Shown here piece by piece: positions 1-10,178 of a DNA stretch of 64,000 nucleotides. A program made the translations under genes and the position numbers. Position 1 is the stretch's first letter; each line of letters opens with the position of its first letter. The stretch is from Thermotogota bacterium (lineage in GTDB: Bacteria; Thermotogota; Thermotogae; Mesoaciditogales; Mesoaciditogaceae), in assembly GCA_026988035.1 (NCBI GenBank), contig JALSLY010000069.1, forward strand, positions 15,337 to 79,336, read 5' to 3'. The notes beneath the pieces were generated by a model, which had not been told where the DNA came from, did not search any database, and worked only from the letters and a program-made list of their open reading frames with translations.

Positions 1-401
1 CAGATGATGACCTTACCGTTGGCTCTATGAACCCATACGAACTTTTCTTGATCTTTGTCGAGTTGAACAAGTTTTTTGATCTTTCAAAAACGCCACCAGA
101 AGTTGCGCTGGTCATTGACCAAAGCATGAACATAAAACCAAAGATAAAAGCTTTAATCCAATCTATTGAAAATCTCCAGATTACTTACTTGAAGTCTCTT
201 TTCGTTGATTTCAGTAGTTTGCAAGAGTGCCAAAAAGCAAACGATGTTATAGGAAGTGAGGAGATTTTAAAAGATGCTTTCCTCACAGATGTGAGGCCGA
301 TTTTGAAAGAATGGCGTTCCGATCTTGGGATCCCCCTTAATGCACTTGAAGCATTTGAAAAAAGCGGATACGAAGAAAAAATTGCTAAAGAGCGGGGTTG
401 A
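1..401 (+). CDS. L-rhamnose isomerase (xylose-isomerase-like TIM-barrel RhaI type), C-terminal fragment; 5' end lies outside the window
   Basis: The reading frame is open from base 3 (DDDLTVGSM...), so the ORF-track ATG at 27 is internal. The motifs IDQSMNIKPKI and ILKDAFLTDVRPILKEW, with the ending SGYEEKIAKERG, match my recollection of the C-terminus of Gram-positive/Streptomyces-type rhamnose isomerases. The neighbouring rhaB is consistent with this. Confidence 0.6.
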   Translation, partial: DDDLTVGSMNPYELFLIFVELNKFFDLSKTPPEVALVIDQSMNIKPKIKALIQSIENLQITYLKSLFVDFSSLQECQKANDVIGSEEILKDAFLTDVRPILKEWRSDLGIPLNALEAFEKSGYEEKIAKERG

Positions 402-535
402 TGATCGTTCAAAAAGGAAATAAAGAATTGATAAAAGTGCTTGTTTATAGATTTAGTTAACAGTAGGTGCTGACCAGATAAGGAAGAAGCGTTCTGGCTC
501 TTAGAATTAAATTCCCTTAAAAAAGAGGCAAAGTA

Positions 536-1867
536 ATGAGAAAATATGCTCCAAACTGGACATCTTTAAAAGAACATGACATTCCCAAATGGTATGACGA
601 CGCGAAATTTGGTATATTCATTCATTGGGGGCCTTATTCAGTTCCTGCGTGGGCACCAACTACTGGAGAACTTGGGAAAGTACCAAGAGAAGAATGGTTT
701 AAAAACAATCCTTATGCCGAATGGTATTTAAACTCTTTAAGGATAAATGGAAGCCCAACGTACAAGCATCATGTTGAAAAATATGGAGAGAATTTCGATT
801 ATTACAAATTCGTTGAAATGTGGAAAGCGGAAAAATGGGATCCCAAAGAATGGGCTGAACTCTTCAAAAAAGCAGGAGCAAAATATGTAATCCCAACCAC
901 AAAACATCACGATGGATTTTGCTTGTGGCCAAGCAAGTACACAGATTTTAGTGTGATGAACAAAGGTCCAAAAAGAGATCTGATCGGAGAACTATCAAAA
1001 GCCGTTAAGGCGGAAGGTCTGAAATTTGGAGTTTATTATTCGGGTGCACTCGATTGGAGATTCACGAAAACGCCTATAACGACTTCTGAAGATCTTGAAT
1101 TTGTGAGACCTCATACTTATGAATATTCCGATTACGTTTACAATCAATTCATGGAATTAATTGATAGCTACGATCCTGACATTTTGTGGAATGATATCGG
1201 TTGGCCCGAAAAGGGAAGAGAGGATCTTAAGTATCTTTTTGCGTATTTTTACAACAAGAACCCTAATGGATTGGTAAATGATAGATGGGATATGCCACAT
1301 TGGGATTTCAAAACCCCGGAGTATAAACAGAATTACCCAGAAGGTATCCCACATTACAAGTGGGAATTATGCAGGGGATTAGGATTTTCATTTGGTTATA
1401 ACCAAAACGAAGGTTACGAAGAAATTCTGAGTTCAGAAGAACTTATCCATCTGCTGGTAGAAGTTGTAAGTAAAGGTGGAAACCTTCTTTTAAATGTTGG
1501 CCCAAAAGCGGACGGAACTATTCCTAAAATTCAACAAGAGAGACTTCTCGCACTCGGTAAATGGCTTGAAGAGAATGGTGAAGTGATTTACGAAACACGA
1601 CCGTGGAAGGTAGATGAAGAGAAAACCCCACAAGGAAACGAGATAAGATTTACCATGGGCCAAAATGCGTTGTACATGTTTTTGTTCGATGTGGATCAAA
1701 GTGTTTTAACGATAAGATCGTTGAAGATGCCCAAAAATGCAAAAATCAGCACCTTAAAAGATGAAGGAATTGACTTCAAACAAAAGCGTGAGGGGATCGA
1801 GATTTTTTTGCCACCCAATTTAAAAGATACGATCATTGTCCTGAAGATTTCACCCATACCCCAATAA
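536..1867 (+). CDS. alpha-L-fucosidase, glycoside hydrolase family 29
   Basis: 443-aa ORF with an AAGAGG-like RBS upstream. GH29 hallmarks are present: FGIFIHWGPYSVPAW, KHHDGFCLWPS, DILWNDIGW and GGNLLLNVGPKADGTIP. Confidence 0.9.
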   Translation: MRKYAPNWTSLKEHDIPKWYDDAKFGIFIHWGPYSVPAWAPTTGELGKVPREEWFKNNPYAEWYLNSLRINGSPTYKHHVEKYGENFDYYKFVEMWKAEKWDPKEWAELFKKAGAKYVIPTTKHHDGFCLWPSKYTDFSVMNKGPKRDLIGELSKAVKAEGLKFGVYYSGALDWRFTKTPITTSEDLEFVRPHTYEYSDYVYNQFMELIDSYDPDILWNDIGWPEKGREDLKYLFAYFYNKNPNGLVNDRWDMPHWDFKTPEYKQNYPEGIPHYKWELCRGLGFSFGYNQNEGYEEILSSEELIHLLVEVVSKGGNLLLNVGPKADGTIPKIQQERLLALGKWLEENGEVIYETRPWKVDEEKTPQGNEIRFTMGQNALYMFLFDVDQSVLTIRSLKMPKNAKISTLKDEGIDFKQKREGIEIFLPPNLKDTIIVLKISPIPQ

Positions 1868-1888
1868 ATAATTGAAGGTGATAAATAA

Positions 1889-3364
1889 TTGAAAAGGTAT
1901 TTGTCTATAGATTTGGGTGCTACAAGTGGAAAATCCATTCTTGTTTCCTTTGATGGAAAGAAAATAGCGTTGGAAGAGATACACAGATTTTCAAATATGC
2001 CAGTGGAGTTAAATGGCTTTCTCTATTGGAATGTGCTGGATTTATACAATAACATCTTGGATTCAATAGAAATATCGCTGACAAAATATGGTGAACTTGC
2101 ATCTCTTGGAATAGATACGTGGGGAGTGGATTTCGGCCTTCTCGATTCAAAAGGATTTTTGCTGGCCAATCCTTTTCATTACAGAAACTCTTACAAAAGC
2201 CAAACGATGAAAAAAGTATTAAATTCTGTCGGAAAAGAATGGATATTTCAACGATGCCCCACCCAATTTCAACCGTTTAACACTTTGTACCAGTTGATAA
2301 CCCTTAAGGAAATGGATTTTGCTGCGCTTAAACTTGCTCACACGCTTTTGGGCATGCCGGCTTTGTTGACGTACTTTCTCACTGGTGAAAAATTCATAGA
2401 GTTCACATATGCCACAACTACTCAACTTTACAACCCTTACGTAAGAGATTGGGATAAAGAAATAATGGAAAAGTTTGATCTCCCAAATATCTTTCCAAAG
2501 CTCGTACGATCTTCGACGGAGATTGGCCAATTTAAAGCTCAGGAAAAGAGAAAAGAGATAAGTGTTGTAGCGGTTGCTTCTCATGACACAGCATCCGCAT
2601 TTGCCTCAACAATGGTGAGAAATGAAGAAACGATGATAATAAGCTCAGGGACATGGTTTTTGGAAGGAATCATTACCGATAAAGCTTACAAGAAACCTGA
2701 AATACTGAAATACAACTTTGCGAGCGAGGGATGTATCGATGGGAAATTCCGTTTGCTTTCTAACGTAACCGGTATGTGGCTGGTGGAGCAGCTTTTGAAA
2801 AAATGGAGAAAGAGCACTCCCACATTAAGTTATAGAGATATTACCGGAATGGCAAAAAGGACTGAAGCTTTCAAGGGATTCATAGATGTGGATTCAAAAA
2901 TTCTTCAAAACCCAACAGATATGGAGAGCGAAATTGTAAGAGAATGTAAAAACTTTTCTGGGAAACGGATTGAAAGTAGGGGAGAAATAGTTAGAACTAT
3001 TTTTGAAAGCATAGCGCTTAAAACCAGATGGGTTAAGGAAAAATTGGAGGAGATCACCGGTAAGGAGATAAAATCCATTCGGATGATAGGTGGAGTTACA
3101 AGAAACGACTTTATCTGTCAACTTATCTCAAATGCCACCTGTTTACCTCTAATGGCAGGACCAATAGAAGGGACAGCTGTTGGAAATGCAATAAGTCAGA
3201 TTATGGCAAAAGAAGGCATAGAATTGAGCGATTTGGAAGAAATCGTAAAACGTTCTTTCGAATTCAAGAATTACGTTCCTCAGGACAGGGAAAAATGGGA
3301 TAAATCTTATGAAAGATACAAAGAACTCCTTGAAGAAAGGGGAGAAAAGGATGAACAGTGTTGA
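1889..3364 (+). CDS. rhaB: rhamnulokinase (FGGY carbohydrate kinase)
   Basis: TTG start. The motifs [56 protein letters not shown] and MIGGVTRN align along the whole length with my recollection of E. coli RhaB. Confidence 0.85.
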   Translation: MKRYLSIDLGATSGKSILVSFDGKKIALEEIHRFSNMPVELNGFLYWNVLDLYNNILDSIEISLTKYGELASLGIDTWGVDFGLLDSKGFLLANPFHYRNSYKSQTMKKVLNSVGKEWIFQRCPTQFQPFNTLYQLITLKEMDFAALKLAHTLLGMPALLTYFLTGEKFIEFTYATTTQLYNPYVRDWDKEIMEKFDLPNIFPKLVRSSTEIGQFKAQEKRKEISVVAVASHDTASAFASTMVRNEETMIISSGTWFLEGIITDKAYKKPEILKYNFASEGCIDGKFRLLSNVTGMWLVEQLLKKWRKSTPTLSYRDITGMAKRTEAFKGFIDVDSKILQNPTDMESEIVRECKNFSGKRIESRGEIVRTIFESIALKTRWVKEKLEEITGKEIKSIRMIGGVTRNDFICQLISNATCLPLMAGPIEGTAVGNAISQIMAKEGIELSDLEEIVKRSFEFKNYVPQDREKWDKSYERYKELLEERGEKDEQC

Positions 3365-5168
3365 AGGTATGAGAATTACCAAGCCACGAATCATTGGAAA
3401 ATTACCGAAAATAGGGATACGTCCGACTATCGATGGTCGTAAAGAAGTAAGGACTCCTCTTGAAAAGCAAACCAAGGCCATGGCAGAAGCAACCGCCAAA
3501 TTTTTAAGTGAGAATCTAAAACATTCAAACGGGATGCCAGTTGAATGTGTTGTTTCGGATACTATAAGCAACGCTGCAGAAGCTGCAAAGGCAGAAGAGA
3601 ATTTTCAAGAGAAAGGAGTAGGTGTATCAATAACGGTAACTCCCACATGGTGTTATGGTGCAGAGACAATGGATATGGAACCATTCAGACCAAAGGCTAT
3701 CTGGGGATTCAACGGCACAGAACGGCCTGGTGCGGTTTATTTGGCCGCCACGCTTGCTGCTCATAATCAAAAAGGGTTGCCAGCATTTGGAATATACGGA
3801 AAAGACGTACAGGATGCTGGGGCCACTTCAATACCTGAAGATGTCCAAGAAAAATTGTTGCGTTTTTCAAAAGCGGCTCTGGCTGTCGCTACAATGAGAG
3901 GAAAATCTTATCTTGCGATGGGTGGAGTATCAATGGGAATCGCCGGTTCCATTGTGGATCCTGATTTTCTTGAAGACTACTTGGGAATGAGATATGAAAT
4001 GGTTGATATGTCTGAATTTATACGAAGAATGGAAGAAGAGATATATGACAAAGAAGAATACGAAAAGGCATTAAGCTGGACGAGAGAAAATTGTATAGAA
4101 GGACCCGACGATAATCCACCTCAGAGACGGTTAAGCAGAGAGAAAAAGGACAAAATTTGGGAAATAGTCGTGAAGATGACTTTAATTGCTCGCGATCTCA
4201 TGATAGGAAATCCCAAGTTAGCTGAAATGAATTTTGAAGAAGAATCTATGGGACATAATGCAATTGTAGCTGGTTTTCAGGGCCAACGTCAATGGACGGA
4301 CCATTTTCCCAACGGAGACTTCTTGGAAACCTTTCTCAACACTTCATTTGATTGGAATGGCATTCGAGAGCCATTCATAATTGCCACAGAAAATGACAGT
4401 TTGAATGGAATAACGATGTTGTTTTCTCATCTTTTAACAGCGAGAGCACAAATTTTTGCTGATGTAAGAACTTATTGGAGTCCGGAAGCCGTGAAACGGG
4501 TAGCCGGTAAAAAATTAGAAGGATTGGCTGAAAATGGGATCATCCATTTAATAAATTCCGGTTCAGCCACACTTGATGGAACTGGTGAGCAGACTGACAA
4601 AAATGGCAATCCAGTTATGAAGCCATATTGGGAAATAACACCAAAAGAAGTCAAAAAAACTCTTAAGGCCACTTTATGGAGACCAGCGCTTTTGGAATCT
4701 TTCAGAGGTGGAGGATTTTCTGTCGATTTTTTAACCAAAGGTGGAATGCCAGTAACGATGGCAAGACTGAACATAATAAAAGGCATTGGTCCCGTTCTGC
4801 AAATAGCTGAGGGGTATACGGCGAGTCTTCCCAAGGAAATACATGACATACTTGACAAACGGACAAATCCAACATGGCCAACAACGTGGTTTGCACTCCG
4901 TCTGACAGGTAAGGGGTCATTCAAAGATGTTTATTCCGTAATGAACAATTGGGGAGCTAACCATGGAGCAATAAGTTATGGACATATAGGAGCGGACTTG
5001 ATAACTCTTGCCTCGATGTTGAGAATTCCTGTGGCCATGCACAATGTTTCTGAAGAAAATATATTCAGGCCAAGTGCATGGGGAGCATTTGGGACGTCTG
5101 ATTTAGAAAGTGCTGATTACAGAGCGTGCGCCAACTTTGGCCCTTTGTACGGAAAAAACAAAAGATGA
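3351..5168 (+). CDS. fucI: L-fucose isomerase
   Basis: The protein is essentially collinear with E. coli FucI ([81 protein letters not shown]). I prefer the ATG at 3351 because GGAGAAAAGG sits just upstream. The track ORF start at 3309 would add 14 residues with no counterpart in FucI. Confidence 0.95.
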   Translation: MNSVEGMRITKPRIIGKLPKIGIRPTIDGRKEVRTPLEKQTKAMAEATAKFLSENLKHSNGMPVECVVSDTISNAAEAAKAEENFQEKGVGVSITVTPTWCYGAETMDMEPFRPKAIWGFNGTERPGAVYLAATLAAHNQKGLPAFGIYGKDVQDAGATSIPEDVQEKLLRFSKAALAVATMRGKSYLAMGGVSMGIAGSIVDPDFLEDYLGMRYEMVDMSEFIRRMEEEIYDKEEYEKALSWTRENCIEGPDDNPPQRRLSREKKDKIWEIVVKMTLIARDLMIGNPKLAEMNFEEESMGHNAIVAGFQGQRQWTDHFPNGDFLETFLNTSFDWNGIREPFIIATENDSLNGITMLFSHLLTARAQIFADVRTYWSPEAVKRVAGKKLEGLAENGIIHLINSGSATLDGTGEQTDKNGNPVMKPYWEITPKEVKKTLKATLWRPALLESFRGGGFSVDFLTKGGMPVTMARLNIIKGIGPVLQIAEGYTASLPKEIHDILDKRTNPTWPTTWFALRLTGKGSFKDVYSVMNNWGANHGAISYGHIGADLITLASMLRIPVAMHNVSEENIFRPSAWGAFGTSDLESADYRACANFGPLYGKNKR

Positions 5169-5183
5169 AGAAGGAAGATAAGT

Positions 5184-5603
5184 ATGCTCAAGGGCATCGA
5201 CAGTGCGTTATCACCAGAGTTACTTAAGGTAATAGATGAAATGGGACATGGTGAAGAAATTCTTCTGGCAGATGCAAATTATCCTGTCAATTCGATGAAT
5301 CTTCCAGTTATAAGGGCGGATGGTATTGATATTCCAAGACTAATGAAGGCAATTTTAAAACTTATGCCACTTGATACGTTCGCAGAATACAACATCATCT
5401 TGATGAATTCAAACGGGGAAGAACCTGAAATATGGAAAGAATATCGCAAGATTCTTGAAAATTCCGGTGAAGAGTTCAGAATAAAAAGTGTAAGTAGATT
5501 CGACTTTTATAAGATGGGTGCAAAAGTTTCCGCCGTTGTAGCCACCGGTGAAAAGGCACTTTACGCCAACATCATATTGAAAAAAGGCGTTATAAGCGAT
5601 TAA
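5184..5603 (+). CDS. fucU: L-fucose mutarotase (RbsD/FucU family)
   Basis: 139 aa. MLKGIDSALSPELLKVIDEMGHGEEILLADANYP ... YANIILKKGV closely parallels E. coli FucU. Confidence 0.9.
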   Translation: MLKGIDSALSPELLKVIDEMGHGEEILLADANYPVNSMNLPVIRADGIDIPRLMKAILKLMPLDTFAEYNIILMNSNGEEPEIWKEYRKILENSGEEFRIKSVSRFDFYKMGAKVSAVVATGEKALYANIILKKGVISD

Positions 5604-5622
5604 AAGAAAGGAGAGATCTAAA

Positions 5623-7068
5623 ATGAAACGATATCAGCTCTTTATCAATGGAGAATTCGTTGATTCTTCTTCCAGAGAAACGTTTAAAGTCATAAACCCT
5701 GCTACTGAGGAGGAAATTTCGGAAGTGCCACAAGGAACTGTTGAAGATACGCGCGCCGCGATCAATGCCGCGTATGAAGCTCAGAAAAGTTGGGCAAAGT
5801 TGCCAGCAATCGAACGTGCAAAATATTTGAGAAAAATTGCAGATGGAATACGCAAAAATGCAGATATGTTTGTTACCACTCTTGTTGAGGAGCAAGGAAA
5901 AACAAAACCCTTGGCACGAATTGAAGTTGATTTCACCGCGGATTACATCGACTACATGGCTGAATGGGCAAGACGAATCGAAGGAGAGATAATTCAAAGT
6001 GATAGACCAAACGAGAATATACTGCTTTACAAGATGCCAATAGGGGTCGTTGCAGGAATATTACCATGGAATTTTCCATTCTTTTTGATTGCGAGAAAGA
6101 TGGCTCCTGCACTTATAACTGGAAATGCGGTTGTGATAAAACCAAGTTCTGACACACCAAACAACGCTTTTGAATTTGCAAAGATCGTGGCGGAATCCAA
6201 TCTTCCCAAAGGTGTCTTCAACTTGATTAGTGGTAAGGGTTCTGTTGTAGGAAATGAACTATCGGTTAATCCTAAAGTAGATATGGTGAGTTTCACAGGT
6301 AGTGTTGAAGCTGGAACAAAGATCATGGAAGCCGCCGCGAAGACTGTTAAAAAAATCTCGCTTGAACTTGGGGGTAAAGCTCCTGCAATCGTAATGGATG
6401 ATGCAGACATAGATTTGGCTGTTAAATCTATAAGAGATTCAAGAATACCAAACACGGGTCAAATTTGTAACTGCGCCGAGAGAGTATACGTTCACGAAAA
6501 AATAGCAGACGAGTTCATAGCCAAAATGACCGAGGCTATGAAAAGCAGCACATACGGTGATCCGATGAATGAAAATGTGGACATGGGACCACTTATAAAC
6601 TCAAATGCTTTGGAATCCGTGGATGGTATGGTTAAACGTGCAGTAAATGAAGGTGCCACCTTAGTGACCGGAGGGAGAGATAAGGAACGAGAAAGAGGTT
6701 TCTTTTACAAACCCACTGTGTTGATAAATTGCAAACAAGAAATGGAGATCATGCACAAAGAAATATTTGGTCCAGTCTTACCGATCATGAAATTCAAAGA
6801 TTTGGACGAAGCGATAGAGCTTGCGAATGATTGCGAATACGGACTTACATCTTCAATATACACACAAAATTTAGATGTGGCGATGAGAGCGGCAAATGAA
6901 ATAAAATTTGGAGAGACTTACGTTAACAGGGAAAATTTTGAAGCAATGCAAGGATTCCATGCTGGCTGGCGGAAATCGGGAATAGGTGGTGATGACGGCA
7001 AGCATGGTATAGAAGAGTTTATGAACACACATGTAGTCTATATTCAGTACGATCGAGGAAAGAAGTAA
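5623..7068 (+). CDS. aldA: NAD-dependent lactaldehyde dehydrogenase (aldehyde dehydrogenase family)
   Basis: 481 aa. Long near-identical stretches to E. coli AldA as I recall it: FTADYIDYMAEWARR.EGEIIQSDRP.ENILL, GILPWNFPFFLIARKMAPAL, ELGGKAPAIVMDDAD, QICNCAERVYV, YGLTSSIYTQNL.VAM and FGETY.NRENFEAMQGFHAGWRKSGIGG.DGKHG. Confidence 0.9.
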   Translation: MKRYQLFINGEFVDSSSRETFKVINPATEEEISEVPQGTVEDTRAAINAAYEAQKSWAKLPAIERAKYLRKIADGIRKNADMFVTTLVEEQGKTKPLARIEVDFTADYIDYMAEWARRIEGEIIQSDRPNENILLYKMPIGVVAGILPWNFPFFLIARKMAPALITGNAVVIKPSSDTPNNAFEFAKIVAESNLPKGVFNLISGKGSVVGNELSVNPKVDMVSFTGSVEAGTKIMEAAAKTVKKISLELGGKAPAIVMDDADIDLAVKSIRDSRIPNTGQICNCAERVYVHEKIADEFIAKMTEAMKSSTYGDPMNENVDMGPLINSNALESVDGMVKRAVNEGATLVTGGRDKERERGFFYKPTVLINCKQEMEIMHKEIFGPVLPIMKFKDLDEAIELANDCEYGLTSSIYTQNLDVAMRAANEIKFGETYVNRENFEAMQGFHAGWRKSGIGGDDGKHGIEEFMNTHVVYIQYDRGKK

Positions 7069-7070
7069 GA

Positions 7071-8357
7071 GTGAAAATAAAACTGAGATATGGCAAAGGC
7101 CACGAAACGATCGAAATCCCAGCAGAAAAAGTTCAAGTATTAAAAAAACGCGATGTTAGCCCTATAGAAGATATCGAAGATAAGATTCGAGGAGCGCTTT
7201 TGAATCCAATTGGGATCCCTCCTCTTTTTGAAATAGCCAAAGGCAAAAGAGATAGTTGTATACTTGTTTCTGACACCACTCGGCCAGTACCGAATGGTGT
7301 CATACTTCCTCCAATTATAAGTACATTGAAACAGGCAGGGATCAGCCCGAATAAAATAACAGTTCTAATAGCTACAGGTACTCACGATGTTGTACCAGAT
7401 GAGCTTTTAGAAGAATTACTTGGAAAAGAAGTGCTGCTAAGTGGCGTAAAGATCATCAGTCACAATGCCTATGATGATTCCACATTAGTAAATCTTGGAG
7501 TTGGTGCACATAATTGTCCTGCAATTTTAAACAAGTTGTACGTTCAGTCAGAGTTGAAAATATGTACAGGCTTGATCGAACCGCACTTTATGGCAGGATA
7601 TTCTGGTGGTAGAAAGTCAATATGCCCGGGAATAGTGGGCATTGAAACTCTAAAAGTTTTTCACGGGGTAGCTGCAATGGGTCATCCTCTTTCAAAAAGC
7701 TGCTCTTTGGAAGGTAATCCTGTACAAGAAATAGCTGAAAGTGTCGCGAAAATTGTTGGATGCGACTTTATGGTAAATGTGACGTTGAATGATAAAAGGG
7801 AGATCACGGGGATATTTGCAGGCGATATCTTCAAAGCGCACCGTGTGGGATGTGACTTCGTGGGAGAGAATTCTATAGTCGAGATAGACAGTCCAGCTGA
7901 TATAGTGGTGACATCCAATGGGGGATATCCTTTAGACCAAAATTATTACCAAACTGTAAAAGGCTTGGTTGAAGCTTCTGAAATTTTAAGGCCGAATGGT
8001 GTTATAGTAATGGCGTCTGAGTGCAAATACGGGCTTGGCAAAGATGATTTTAAGAATCTCTTGAAAGAGTTGCGAGAAAAAACGATTGAACAGTTCTTAA
8101 AAGGACACAGTACTTCAGAAGGTTTTAGAAGTGACCAATGGGAAGTTCAAAAACTCACGCAAGTACTGGAAAAAACAAGAAATATTTTTTTGCTGTCTGG
8201 GCTGAGTGATGAAGAATATTCCTTTACATTCAGCCGGAAGGTTCATTCACTTAACGAAGGTTTGAGAAAAGCAATACAAATTGTTGGAAGAAATGCGAAT
8301 ATTGTTGTTATTCCAGAAGGACCTTACATTGTTGGAAGGATCAAAACAAGTACCTGA
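7071..8357 (+). CDS. LarA-like nickel-pincer-cofactor-dependent 2-hydroxyacid (lactate) racemase/epimerase family protein
   Basis: GTG start, 428 aa. The motif EPHFMAGYSGGRKSICPGIVGIETLKVFH gives an H-x9-K-x15-H spacing. This equals the His174/Lys184/His200 spacing of Lactobacillus plantarum LarA as I recall it. An upstream ATGTH motif is also present. Confidence 0.75.
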   Translation: MKIKLRYGKGHETIEIPAEKVQVLKKRDVSPIEDIEDKIRGALLNPIGIPPLFEIAKGKRDSCILVSDTTRPVPNGVILPPIISTLKQAGISPNKITVLIATGTHDVVPDELLEELLGKEVLLSGVKIISHNAYDDSTLVNLGVGAHNCPAILNKLYVQSELKICTGLIEPHFMAGYSGGRKSICPGIVGIETLKVFHGVAAMGHPLSKSCSLEGNPVQEIAESVAKIVGCDFMVNVTLNDKREITGIFAGDIFKAHRVGCDFVGENSIVEIDSPADIVVTSNGGYPLDQNYYQTVKGLVEASEILRPNGVIVMASECKYGLGKDDFKNLLKELREKTIEQFLKGHSTSEGFRSDQWEVQKLTQVLEKTRNIFLLSGLSDEEYSFTFSRKVHSLNEGLRKAIQIVGRNANIVVIPEGPYIVGRIKTST

Positions 8358-8397
8358 TCAAAGAAGTGCCCAAATCATTTTGCTTGGGATGAGAAAT

Positions 8398-9390
8398 ATG
8401 GAAATTTACCAGTTTATGAAGAAAATTGAAGAAGTTCTTGGAGACAGAAGAATGTGCAAATATGGCCTAAGGCTTGAAGAATTTGGTGGACGTTTAGTTT
8501 TAATAGGAATGGTGGATACTTTGGAGTCTCTGAAGCGCGTGAATGATGTTGTCTCAACGATTTCTGAGAATATAGAGATCACGGTTCGCACACTTGAAGA
8601 AAAGGTTCCTAAATTAGCTAAGTGGGCTGTGTGTATTTCAACAGTTTGTGATGTCAGACGAGAGGCAAAATTCAGATCAGAAAGAGTTCACCAGTTAATT
8701 TTTGGAGAATGTGCAAAAACGTTGAGTTTTGAAAATGAGTATGTACTGATAAAAGATCTTCGCACTTCTTTTGTTGGATGGGTAAAGGCGTCTCAACTTA
8801 TCTTCACAGATGAGGCTTCTATTCGTGTATGGAAAGCATCTGGAGACGAAGTGATCGTGGATAAAAGATTCTCCAAGTCTGATCTCGACGGGAATATTTT
8901 GTACTTATCATTCGGAACCAAAATTCCAGCTGTTGAGAAAGGAAACTTTTGGGAGTCCGTTTTTCCAAATGGACGTATATTGAAAATACCAAAGCGGGAT
9001 GCTTCTTACGTTGGTGAAAAAAAATTTGAGGATTTAAAAAATATTTGGAGCGATTTTTTAGGGACTCCATATTTGTGGGGAGGAGCCAGCGCTTATGGAT
9101 ACGATTGCTCTGGTTATGTTGGTCGTCTCTACGATTACATTGGTGTAAAAATCCCAAGAGATGCAGATCTTCAAAAAGATGCCGCAATGAAAATAAAAGA
9201 AACTGAATTGAGGTTTGGAGATCTCGTTTTCTTTCCTGGACATGTGGCTTTGTATATTGGAAATGGGGAAATAGTGCATTCAAATCTCACTCAAGGTGGT
9301 GTTGGGAGATCTCGGCTTTTTTCTCCAATGAACTCCTATGAAAAATGGCTCAAAGAGCACGTGACAAAATTTGGAAGGGTGGTCAGATGA
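8398..9390 (+). CDS. NlpC/P60 (C40) cell-wall peptidase with an N-terminal SH3b-like region
   Basis: The C-terminus GTPYLWGGASAYGYDCSGYVGRLY ... GDLVFFPGHVALYIGNGEIVHS is the canonical NlpC/P60 Cys/His core. The start is uncertain: ATG at 8389 or 8398. The track start at 8281 would overlap the larA-like gene by 77 nt. The stop overlaps the etfB start (ATGA). Confidence 0.8.
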   Translation: MEIYQFMKKIEEVLGDRRMCKYGLRLEEFGGRLVLIGMVDTLESLKRVNDVVSTISENIEITVRTLEEKVPKLAKWAVCISTVCDVRREAKFRSERVHQLIFGECAKTLSFENEYVLIKDLRTSFVGWVKASQLIFTDEASIRVWKASGDEVIVDKRFSKSDLDGNILYLSFGTKIPAVEKGNFWESVFPNGRILKIPKRDASYVGEKKFEDLKNIWSDFLGTPYLWGGASAYGYDCSGYVGRLYDYIGVKIPRDADLQKDAAMKIKETELRFGDLVFFPGHVALYIGNGEIVHSNLTQGGVGRSRLFSPMNSYEKWLKEHVTKFGRVVR

Positions 9391-10178
9391 AGATAGCAGT
9401 TCTGGTAAAAGAAGTCCCGGCGACGGATAAAGTGAAAATGGATGAGAAAACCGGAACGATGATCAGAAGCGAAATGGAGTCCGAGCTGAATCCACTTGAT
9501 ATGTACGCGATCGAAGAAGCAGTCCGTGTAAAAGAGAAGATTGGAAATACGCACGTTATTGCGATCTCAATGGGTCCTCCACAGGCAATCAATTCTATAA
9601 GAGAAGCTATACCCATGGGATGTGATTATGGGTATCTCATGTCTGATAAATATTTTGCTGGGGCTGACACACTTGCTACGGCTTATACACTTTCAGCTGC
9701 AATCCGAAAACTTGGGAAGTTTGATCTCATATTCTCGGGAGAACGCGCTACAGACGGCGAAACCGGACAAGTTGGTCCTTCAGTGGCGACTCAACTTGGC
9801 ATGCCGGTTGTGACGTACGTAAGCAAAGTGGAAAAGATTAGCGATGGTATTGTTCGTGTTTGCCGTTCCGTTGAAGGTGGCAAAGAGACCGTCGAAGTAG
9901 AACTCCCGGCGCTTTTAAGTGTTGTGAAAGAGATAAACGAACCACGGATCCCAAATTTATCCGGGAAAATTGCATCCAAATCAAAAGAGATTCCCCTTCT
10001 GACTGCGAAGGATATAAAAGTATCTTCAGACAAAGTGGGACTTTCTGGTTCTCCAACGAGAGTGGTGAAAGTTTTTTATCCAAAACTCTCAAGAGATGGA
10101 AAAATTTTGAAAGTCAAAAATGTCGAATCAGCTGTAAACGAACTTATAAAATTTATGAAAGAAAGAGGAGTAATCTAA
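9387..10178 (+). CDS. etfB: electron transfer flavoprotein, beta subunit
   Basis: MKIAVLVKEVP...LNPLDMYAIEEA...ERATDGETGQVGP is typical of EtfB. I prefer the ATG at 9387, which follows GGTGG. The upstream extension in the track has no EtfB counterpart. Confidence 0.85.
   Translation: MKIAVLVKEVPATDKVKMDEKTGTMIRSEMESELNPLDMYAIEEAVRVKEKIGNTHVIAISMGPPQAINSIREAIPMGCDYGYLMSDKYFAGADTLATAYTLSAAIRKLGKFDLIFSGERATDGETGQVGPSVATQLGMPVVTYVSKVEKISDGIVRVCRSVEGGKETVEVELPALLSVVKEINEPRIPNLSGKIASKSKEIPLLTAKDIKVSSDKVGLSGSPTRVVKVFYPKLSRDGKILKVKNVESAVNELIKFMKERGVI

Noticed and set aside
3309-3350. N-terminal extensions implied by the longest-ORF starts: fucI at 3309, NlpC/P60 at 8281, etfB at 9345, dppD at 20692, xylA at 28832, pyk at 43052, the HyfC-like gene at 52541, and others.
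   Set aside because: The extensions overlap the preceding gene and have no counterpart in homologues as I recall them. Internal ATG/GTG codons with good Shine-Dalgarno spacing give canonical N-termini.
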